DNA of 48,861 bases, filler included, from Jimgerdemannia flammicorona (Eukaryota), in assembly GCA_003990765.1 (NCBI GenBank). It is 2 parts of 2 records of this genome, joined end to end, with 100 filler letters (N's around TTAATTAATTAA, not from the genome) between each part and the next. Parts side by side here need not be neighbours in the genome. Positions count along the whole stretch, not along the records: positions 24,486 to 48,861 come from RBNJ01000983.1; 1 more part is not named here. The stretch is one strand, 5' to 3'. A program made the position numbers and the translations under genes. The notes under the pieces were generated by a model. It was not told where the DNA came from, did not search any database, and saw only the letters and a list, made by a program, of their open reading frames with translations. Position 1 is the first letter of the stretch, and each line of letters starts with the position of its first letter. Below, in pieces: positions 39,568-48,861 of the stretch.

Positions 39568-39578
39568 TTCTTCCCCCC

Positions 39579-40409
39579 TTAGAAATTAACGTCCTTATTG
39601 ATTGAGAAATTGAGAACCAGGGGAGAGAAAGGTGGGGAATCCTCCTCAGGGTTATTACCATCTTCTTCAGGGGCAGGGGGGGTGGTGGTTGCAGATGGCT
39701 CACCATCCAGGATGGAGAAGTCAATGAGGTCTACAAATGGTTCTTGCATTGGAATAGGTGCTGGTATAAGGGTTCTCCATCTGATGCGGTTGGGGCCATC
39801 CAAATAGGGCTCTTGATCTTTATGCCTGGGAATATCCATTTGGATAGGTGGTCCTTCAAAGAGGTCAGAGAGACCTTGGAGCCATTGGTCAGAGTTGTCA
39901 TTCAGGAGGGGGCTCCAGTAGGTTTTACAGTTAGTAGACTTGAGGGCAATCCAGGAGTTGGCTTCTTGGGTGACCTTGACTTCTAGGACATCGACCTCAG
40001 GGAAAGAGAGGTTCTGGAAGTCCTTCAGTTATATGTAGTTGAGGTTGGGGATTATGAAAGGTGTATGGCGCATGATTTGATGGACCTTCTTGGAAAATCT
40101 TTGCTCGTGCCTATCTAGATGGGTCCAATCAGAGACTTGGTCCATGGGCAGGTCCTTTGCCTATTGGAGGAGTTGATGGCCAATCTCGTATTCATGTCAG
40201 ATCTCTAGGCAGCTGGTGGCAAGGTAGGCTCTTTCAATGACTTCATGGCAGTTGAGGACATAGTGTCCTAGGTCCTGACTGGAGAGGTTAAGGGCCTCTG
40301 AGCGGCGGTTCCTTCCTTGGATGGCAACCTGGATGTGTCCAAAGAGGCGGTCAACCTGGCTTGAGAGGGGCTGGCTACAGTGGGCAGTTTGGCGGCAGGT
40401 GGCAGGCAT
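39579..40409 (-). pseudogene. Extra 3' ORF (~276 codons) of element B, unknown function
   Basis: ORF-track pieces 40197..40409 and 39579..39839 share a frame. Between them are only three stops (TGA, TAG, TAA, each one C>T from CGA, CAG, CAA) and no frameshift. Confidence 0.7.
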
Positions 40410-41105
40410 TCTTGTCTTGTCTTTTCTTTGTGAGGAAAGGGGGATGAGAGTTGCAGGGTATTCTTATCTTGGGTGTTTATACTTATTCACCTGTCTGATG
40501 TGACCTTCCTTTGGTCATGCTTTCTGGCAAAATATATAACCTGTGCTGTAAGTGGAGTATGTGCTGGTCACATGAGAAAATCCTGATTTCAAAGATCTCA
40601 TCATCTGTAGTTGTGGTTACACAGGGTTAACAGGTCTTGGTCCACTTTTTTTTTGTCTGGTTGGCACATTTGCAAGGACTGGTCATCCTTGTCTAGGGCG
40701 AGGGCTCTCATTGTCATAGCTGGGGGTTCAAACCTCTTGGAAATAGACTTTTCTTATAATCTGAGGCAATTCCTAGTAACAATATCTATCACATGGATGG
40801 ACTTAGACTGGTTTCGACATTGTCGGCTTTCCTAAGTTTCACATGAAGCGTCTGTCATCATCCAGCAGAGATAATACAGATGGCATGAAATAGAGTTGTT
40901 CAAATGCATTTTGCTATACTGTACTAGATTATTCTTTTGTTCAGAATATCTTTTTGTTGGTTATCCATAGTGTTCCTTTTTTCACAATGTTTGGTATTAT
41001 ATGTTTCCAGATAAAAATATGTGGTATCCTTCTACTCGCTGTGTGCTCCTATACTTAGAGCTGTAGTTCCTTCCTTTGCTGGGGGGTGAGTGTTTCTATG
41101 TAGTT

Positions 41106-43864
41106 CTAGAGGACTTTGTGTGTATTCTTTAGGGCTTCTTCTTTTTTCCAGGTGGCATCATGGGTGGGGTAACCCTTCCACTTGATCAGGAAAAAGCGCT
41201 TGACTGTTTTAGGATATTTGTGGACCTTGTGGTCAAGTACTTCCTCAATTTCGAATTCCTCATGATCATTGATCCTAATTAGAGGTGGTGGTGGAACTGT
41301 ATGCTTGGGGAATGAGTTCTCATAGTAGTCCACCAATTGGCTGATATGGAATACTGGGTGTACTCAGATATTGTGGGGAAGTTGCAACTTGTAGTTAACT
41401 TCACTGATTTTTTCCATAATCTTGTATGGTCCAATTCTTCTAGCATGGAGTTTCTTGGCTGGTTGTTGTATCAGAGTGTCTGGGTGGAGGTGGTCTGTTC
41501 TAAGCATGACTATATCACCAATATTGTAGGAGGCTTCTCTTCACTTCAAGTTCGTGTACTTGGTCTGGTAGTCTTGTGCTTCTATGAGAGCATCTCTTGT
41601 CATTCGCATAAGATCAGAAATGGTCTTGATCAGATCTTAGGCTGCTGGGACTGCTGATTTCGCGGTAGTACTTGGGGTTCTTGGGTGTTGACTATGGTTC
41701 AGGAAGAATAGAGTCTTCTTTGTAGAGGTTTGCTGACTGTTGTTGTAGGCAAACTTGGCATGGGCTAGGTACTTGTCCTAATCATTTTGCTTGTAACAGC
41801 AGAAGATACTAAGCATCTGTTTGAGAGTCCTGTTGGTTCACTCGGTTTGACTATCAGTCTGAGGGTGGTAGGCAGTAGAGAACTTCAGCTTGGTTCCATG
41901 GAGGGAGAAAAATGCCTTTCAGAAATTGCTTGTGAACTTGGCATCTCGGTCAGATACAATGGTGCTAGGCATGCCATGTAGCCTGAATACTTGGTTGAGA
42001 AAGATCTTGGCAATCTCTGGTGCTGTAGCAGTGGTCTTAGTGAGTGCAAAATGGGCTTGTTTACTTAAATGGTCCACGAATACCACGATGGCATCTCATC
42101 CTGCCTTGGTCTTGGGGAGTTGGATAATGAAGTCTATCGCAATCTGGTCCCAATTGTGACTTGGGATAGGTAAGGGTTGCAGGAGTCTTGCTGGTAGCTT
42201 GTTACTACTTTTGAACCTTTGGCACATCTCACATGAGGCCATAAAGTCTTTGATATTCTTGGTCATCTTTGGCCAGTAGAACTCTCTTGAGAGGAGGTTG
42301 TAGGTCTTTTCAAAACCAAAGTGTCCAGCTGCAGGAGTATCATGGAGTTCCTACATGATTTTGAGTCGCAGAGTATCATTGTTGGGTACAACTACTCTGT
42401 CATGGTCCCTGTAGATAAGTCCATTACAGTAGGTGAATCTCTTGGCCATTTGCCTCATGGGTTCTGGGACCTCAGCCTCTGGGTCTTCACAGAATTGAAG
42501 GAAATTCATCAGGGGGCTGTCTTGCTGGTAGCCATCCTTGATCATTTGGGTAAGGTCTCCAATTACTTCGACCATAAAGACAAGTTCATCTTCCATGTAC
42601 CTGGAGAAACCATCAGCCACATGGTTGGTTTTGCCTGAGATATACTTGATTTCCATATCAAAGTTGGCAATAATTTTCATCTAGTAGACTTTTCTGTGGG
42701 TCAGCATAGGCTGTGTGTGAATATACCACAGTGCATGGTGATCAGTGTAGGCTACAAATGGCTGTCCTAGGAGGAAATGGTGCTATTCCTGGAGTGCAGT
42801 GACAATAGCCAGGAGTTCCTTCTCATGGGTAGTATACTGAGTCTCAGCTGGCTTGAGCTTCTGTGAAAGGTAGGCCACTGGGCGGTCTTCTTGGCTGAGT
42901 ACTACTCCAATAGCAATGTCAGAGGCATCTGTGGTCAGAGTGAATGGTCTGGTAGGATCAGGTGCAATTAGCACTGGGGTCTTGATAAGGAGTCTCTTGA
43001 GATGGTCTATAGCCAGGGTGCATTCGGGGGTCCATTCAGCTTTGATGTTCACTCCTTTATGGGCCAGGCTGGTCAATGGGGCTACAATAGCAGAGTATCC
43101 TTGGATAAACCTTCGGTAATAACCAGCAATACCCAGAAAGTACTGGAGTAGCTTGAGGGTAGTAGGGATAGGGATATCCTTGAGAGCTGATACTTTCCGG
43201 GGGTCCATATTGATACCTTCAGCAGAGATGATATGTCCCAGGTATTCAATCTGGTCTTGGTATAACTTACACTTGCTCATCTTGGCATAGAGTTGGTGTT
43301 CTCACAGAAGAGTCAGTACTTGTCTAAGGTGGGTATAGTATAGCTCTACTGTCTCGCTGTAGATTAGTATATCATCAATATACACAAGGACACAGATGTT
43401 GAGGAGTGGTCCAAAGATGTCTTTCATCAGATACTGGAATATTGCTGGTGCATTGGTTAATCCAAAAGGTATGACACAGAACTGGTAGTGTCCAAACCAT
43501 GTTCGGAAAGCTGTCTTCTCAATGTCCTTCTCATCAATGAGAATCTGGTAGTAGCTATTTTGCAAATCCAGTAAAGAAAAGGTCTTGGCCTTGAAGATTT
43601 GGTGTAGCAACTCATCAATCCTAGGCAAGGCATATCGATTCTTGATAGTGATCTTGTTGAGGGCTCTGTAGTCAATACACATTCGCAGAGAGCCATCCTT
43701 CTTCTTGACAAATAGAACGGGGGCTCCAAACAGAGAGTGGCTGGGTTCAATGTATCCTTGGGCCAGTAGTTTGGTCAATTCATCCTTGAGGGTCTTGAGC
43801 TCAGGTTGAGCCAGTTGATAGATACTCTTGTATAGGGGTTCAGATCCTGGAATAAGATTAATTC
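41106..43864 (-). pseudogene. pol of element B: RT, RNase H, integrase, chromodomain
   Basis: [62 protein letters not shown]; integrase HHCC/core and GPYKI; chromodomain EEFEIEEVL...FLIKWKGYPTHDATW. Confidence 0.95.
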
Positions 43865-44835
43865 CATTGGTTTGCTCAGTAGCCTATATCAACTGCATTG
43901 ATGAAGTTTTCGATGTCACTGTTTTTTCCACTGAATGTTGGAATTCGCAAGGTCTTGGTTGGTTTGTTCTGTTCAGCAATTTGGTCTACTATTCCTGCTA
44001 GTGCTGCTAGCTGGGTGGTCAGTGCTGCAATGTTGACATCTACCATTGTATTGACTAGTGGTAGTGGGCCTATTGGGGTAGATTCTCCTGAAGATTGTTC
44101 TGCTTGGTGGGGTTGTGGTGCTATATGACTTGGGGTTACTTGGTTTCTGGATATTAAGTCAAAGAGTCCTGTGAGAGAGGGTAAACCAAACCGCTGTATA
44201 TGTGGCTGGATTGGTTCTGGGGTCTGATCTTCTTGACCTGTAATCCCTTGGTAAATTCCTAGGCCTGCTGTTCCTTGTTGACTATCATCAGACTGGTAAC
44301 CTGTAGAGTCTTCATCTGACTCCCTTCTCTGATGAGATAGTGTATTCTCATACTGACTAGGTTCTTCAAAGAGGATATCAGTCTCTGGCTAGGTAGATGG
44401 ACCTGCTTCTTGTTCAGCAGTAGGGGATGGGTGGCCTGCTTGCTCGTTCTCGTACCTAGTTATGGCAGAGGCATAGTATACAACTAGCCTGTAGTAGAGG
44501 GAGGTCTTGGTTGGTATATGATGATACCTGTCAGAGGCAATCCACTCGGCAGCTACTTCTCTTGCAGCAGGGGGTGTAATATAATCTAAAAAATCCTGGG
44601 TGGCTGCAGCAGTAGATTCTGGGGTCCTAGTGGTTCCAATGTGTCCTTGGAGGAGTTCGTAGAACCTACGGCAGCTAACAATATTCCTAAGTCCTGGGTG
44701 GTATGTTCTAAAGGTCTGGTATAAATTCTTATAAGCCTGGTCAATGACAAGCTGGTGGGTCTCTGTGTCTGTGGTTTCCTGGTACCACCTGGTCCTAATG
44801 GCAAGGGCTTCTCTGGCTTTGGTTTGAGGATCCAC
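43865..44835 (-). pseudogene. Truncated gag of element B (N-terminal extension plus start of capsid)
   Basis: 148-aa ORF 44389..44835 followed by ...[28 protein letters not shown], homologous to A's LSLPTFNS...FISVVDTNFKANQ. It then joins abruptly to the pre-RT sequence INLIPGSEP. Confidence 0.75.
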
Positions 44836-44936
44836 AGTTGATTCTGGGAGTTACTCCTGTCCAAGGTTGGTCTTGTTCCAACTTCAGGAGTGTGTTCTTT
44901 GGTGCCTTCTTGGCTGGTAATCTGCTGCTACCAAGT

Positions 44937-45700
44937 TGTAATAACTCTCACTTCTACCCCTCTCTTATCCTTTGGATAATTAGAGAAGTGGACTATTACT
45001 TAGGGACTTGGTACATAATATATACCAAGAAGCCTTTAGTTTGAGGAAGCGCTCACTTATAAATAGTTGTAGTGGCAGTGCCTTATCTTTCAAAGGTCTT
45101 TCTCTTATGCCCTATTTTGAGGGTCTTGTTCTTTGCTGTGTACAGACTGAATTTGCCTTGGAATTTAGGTTCAATGGGTTTACTTAAGTCTTTGGGGATT
45201 TATATACTGGTCTCAGTTCTGGCAGAAGTTAGCTAGGCTTCTGGAATTTAGTCAGAAACACTAGAGTCACTTAGATGTCATTACTAAGACTCAGGGGAAT
45301 GTGTGTATGTGGGGGGGACTTGATTCTTGTATCAAGGACTGAACTAAAACTGCTTTATTTCAGATGGAAACTGGGGGATATTTATACAAGTTGGTCTGTG
45401 ATTTCTGACTAAGTATGAGTGACTAATTTGGTAACTATAATGAGGTTTATGATCACAACCTTTGTCAGGTGGTTTTTGGTAAAGAATATCTTTGTGATCA
45501 GGACCTCAATTACTAGGCAATGATCAGTAGCTATGGCAACTGTTGCTGTGGCACCAATTGTTAGAGATAAGCTGGATATCATTTTCTGTGTCATTTCACA
45601 TCATTCATTATTCATATGCCGCACTTGATCATATGATGATGTCATCGCCGAGTCATGTGATCATTCATCTCATCACGTCCCATCTGTTTGTTTTATTACA
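44937..45700 (-). repeat. 5' LTR of element B
   Basis: TGTAATA...TATTACA termini, adjacent to the PBS. Confidence 0.95.
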
Positions 45701-45705
45701 TACTT

Positions 45706-46096
45706 CTAATATAGCAATATCATGAATAGCAAATAAACTTATTTAATAACCCACAAACCACTCTTAAGTAAATCCATTCCCTGTTAGGTCTCACTCCTAA
45801 CTCCATCACAAAATTTCCTAATTGGGTATTGTCTGCAGCGATATGCCAATTCAACTAAGCTGGTCTTAGTTTCTTGAACTTCCTGAAATATGGAAAATCC
45901 TGAACATCTAGAACTAGTCCGAAAAAGGACTTTGGTTGAGACATCAACCCAAACTTGAAATCAATAAGTATAGAGGACATACTCCATATGAAATTGATCT
46001 TGACCATAAGAAAACAGTCTTCCAGAATATCCAGAACTTCCAAAAAACCCTTCCAGAACTACGTAACAGCTACCCTAAAAAAGTAACCCTCTAACA
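45706..46096 (+). repeat. 3' LTR of element A, right part
   Basis: Matches 33960-34350 and ends CTAACA before the TSD. Confidence 0.92.
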
Positions 46097-48710
46097 GTGG
46101 GGCTGACAGTAGTATAAAGGAAGAGGGAGCAGGATTGTGAGAGAGTGCCTGGGTAGGGGAATACAGGATTGCCCAAGGTGGGGCCCAGGGTGGACCAAGA
46201 GAGGAGGGACAGAGTGGTATAGAGGCAGATATAGAAATGAGTAAAGAAGTACACTCTCAGTATAGTGTCCTGGGTGGGGTAGGGGATGAGGAGGAACTAT
46301 TGAATATACTAGAAGAGGAGTGGGATGAGTCAGTAAGGAGGAGTGCTTTGGTGGACCCAGAGGTGGAGGTTGATAGAGTTGCCCAGGGTATAGCAGAGGT
46401 AGTAAATAAGGAGAAGTAGCTGTAGAAGACTCTAGAGGGGGTGGCAGTAGAGAAACTGGAGGGAGAGAACTTCTAGGTTATGGAAGAGAGGTATTGGGAG
46501 GAAATTCTTCATGGTAAGAAGATACTGAGAAAGGTTAGAAATGAGATCCTGGCAGTCTTCTTGGAATTAGTTGAATATCAAGTGGATGATCAGAGAGAGG
46601 AGGAACTTCAGATAATTGTGAACAAATAGGTAGCATACTTATGGAGATTGAGGAAGAGGTTAGAGAAGTGGAGAGTGGTCTGTGCAGATTATTAGGTAGA
46701 GATGGAAGTGGTGGATGGGGTAGAATATCAAGAAATCTTAGAGACATTAGATACTCAGGCTGTAGTAGAAGGTGACTTGGAAGCAGAGCAGTACTTGGAT
46801 CTGGCTGGGGATGAGATGAGTATAGAATACTAGGCTGAGTTCTCAAATTCAAACATTATTCAATATGAATAGTACAACTAGAATATTCTCTTTGAATATG
46901 AATGAGTTGAGGGGGGTAGCTCAGTGAAAGTATATATTTGGTTAGCTAAAGAGATTGAATATAGATCTTTTCTTACTGCAGAATATATATTATGAGGTAG
47001 ATGTGGACTTACAGGATTAGACTAGGAAATGGGAGGGGGGTAGTAGTGTGGACTGGGCAGGTGGGTATTCTAGTTTAAAAGAGAATGGTGGACATTGGAG
47101 ATATTGGACATTGGGGAAGTCAGTTAGTGTGAGAAGTGTAGAAGAGGTCTAGATAGAGCCTTTTGATAGTTGGGTTATATTACTGTCCAGTAGAGAGGGG
47201 GGAATGGGTAGATTGGATCAGAAATTTGAAAGAGGCTAGTATTATGGGTGAGGTAGAGATTGACTGCTGGGGGGGTGACTTCAACATGATATGGGATAAT
47301 GTGATAGATAGGACTAATAGAGAGAGAGGAATGAGGAGCAGAAGTAACAGGTTGAATGATTGGATGGAGATAGAGAGGTTGAGTTCTTTAGTTGATTTGG
47401 GGAGACAGTTTTGGAAAGATCATCAAATTTACACTCACTGGGCAGTAGGGCTGGGATCCAGGATTGACTGAGTATTGATGGCAGAGTGCTGGAGAGTGGA
47501 TGTCTGGGCTATACTGGAAGTGGTTTGGTGTCCATGGTCTGATCACTAGAGTTTGTTAGGGGGGGAGAGGTTTGGAGGAAGTGGAAATGGGCCTGGACAT
47601 TGGTGACTGAATTCCTCTTTATTGAAGGATGGTGCTTTATGGACAGACTGGGAGGAGGAGGTTATTGGGAAAATTGATATGTGGTGGAAATAGGGCCTGA
47701 TGATTGGAGATTGCTAGAGGAGGCTGAAAGTGAGTGCTCAGGAGTACTAGAGGGAAGCAGGGAAAGGAAGGAGTATTTAGTGGCAGCAGAGAGTGTTATG
47801 GGCTTCATAGAGATTGATAGCACTTCTGGAGAGATGGGTGGAGATGTTAGAGGATTGAAAGGTAGCTGACTGACATATTGTACAGATTCAAAAGGAAGTT
47901 GAGGAGCTTAAGGAAGTGTTACAAATGGAGGAAGAGATTAAGTTAAAGGAAATAGTGGCAAGACTGAGGTAGCAAGGATTGGAGGAGGGAGAGAGACCCA
48001 CTAGGTTTTTATCACAGTTGCTACAAGTGTAGAGAACTAAACAGCAGTGGAATGGGCTATCAAATGAGAATAGAGAGATGGTGGTAGGAACTCTGGTAAT
48101 TTTGGGATTGCTAAGGACCCACTGGGAGAATTTATGGAGTAAGGAAGAAGGAGGTGAGAATGCCTCAAACATTGAAAGATAGTTGGAGAATTGGCATCCA
48201 GACTCAGCAATGGGCCTGGGGACTCTAGGAAACCCAGTGCAGAGAGAGGAAATTTGCAAGGTCTTGGCTTCAACAAGCAAGGGGATGGCTCTGAGAGAGG
48301 ATAGACTTCTTTGAAATTTTTGGAAGAAGATAGCTGAGGTGGCAGTGGTATTAGAAGAGATGACAGAGATGTGTGGTGAGGTTCTTCAGTCTGGAACTTG
48401 GATTGGAGGCCAGTGCTTAGGACTGGTCTCCTTGTTCTATAAGGATAAGAGAAGAAGAGAAGATTGGAAGAACTGGTGACTAATCATACTCCTCAATATA
48501 GACTGCAAACTGGTGACAAAGGTCTTGGTGACTAGACTGTAGAGAATTACTCAGCAAGTACTGGGAGTAGAGCAAAGAGGGTTTGTTGGTAGTCAGTTGA
48601 TCTAAGATAAGACAGCTTGAGCCCATGGAGTGATTGAAGGAGCCCAGGCTGCTGGGGTTAATGGTAGATTAGTGTTTCTAGATCAGGAGAAGGTATATAA
48701 CAGAGTGAGG
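46097..48710 (+). mobile_element. Degenerate L1/Tx1-clade LINE: end of ORF1, APE endonuclease and N-terminal RT, 3'-truncated
   Basis: IFSLNMNEL, LFLLQ, GGDFN, YTHW...SRID, PWSDH, GPGHW*LNSSLL, EGERPTRFL; RT motifs KNW*LIILLNIDCKLVTKVL, EQRGFV, LVFLDQEKVYNRV. Stops at a (TA)n tract near 48712. Confidence 0.88.
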
Positions 48711-48861
48711 AATATATATATATATATATATAAGTGAGGGCCAAATATGGGCCAATGTAATAAAATTTTTACTTTATAAATTTATTATAATTTAAATATA
48801 AATATTATTAAATTGATATTTTAACTAATAATAAAGTAATCATATACCTTTTAGAAAATAT

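Larger units (their letters stand above)
38804..45700 (-). mobile_element. Ty3/Gypsy chromovirus-like LTR retrotransposon B, inserted antisense in the 3' LTR of A
   Basis: 764-bp LTRs at 38804-39567 and 44937-45700 (TGTAATA...TATTACA). TSD TACTC/TACTT. PBS ACTTGGTAGCAGCAG at 44922-44936 and PPT AAGGGGGGAAGAA at 39568-39580. Confidence 0.95.
32856..46096 (+). mobile_element. Ty3/Gypsy (chromovirus-like) LTR retrotransposon A, internally deleted, hosting element B in its 3' LTR
   Basis: TG...CA LTRs at 32856-34350 and 37736-38803 + 45706-46096. 5-bp TSD GTGGA/GTGGG. PBS ACTT(A/G)GTAGCAGCAG at 34351, PPT AAGAAGAGGAGAG at ~37722. Internal gag, CCHC, dUTPase, protease and chromodomain stub; no RT/RH/IN. 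Confidence 0.93.

Overview
Eukaryotic DNA with short GT-AG introns, most likely from an early-diverging fungus such as Mucoromycota (inferred from the SRP9 and glyoxalase II sequences). The window has two halves. About 1-27.7 kb is CpG-rich host DNA. It holds two PB1-like paralogs (one with an in-frame TAG), SRP9/21, a four-TM protein, a GPI-anchored Cys-rich protein, a Kelch single-pass membrane protein, a secreted PLC-like phosphodiesterase and exon 1 of glyoxalase II, cut by a synthetic 100-nt scaffold gap. A small AT-rich island at 19.4-21.3 kb contains a gag relic and a minisatellite. About 27.7-48.9 kb is CpG-depleted and holds four nested elements: an intron-containing Sola-like DNA transposon, an L1/Tx1 LINE, Ty3/Gypsy element A and Ty3/Gypsy element B. 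The most notable points are: (1) A keeps gag-dUTPase-protease but lacks RT-RH-IN, while B keeps RT-RH-IN-chromodomain but lacks most of gag and the protease, so the two are almost exactly complementary; (2) they share a PBS, an unrecognised gag N-terminal domain and a ~290-bp module; (3) B carries an extra ~276-codon 3' ORF; (4) all repeats show C>T/G>A hypermutation that extends beyond CpG, resembling RIP. All exon models and translations were read by hand and no database search was run.
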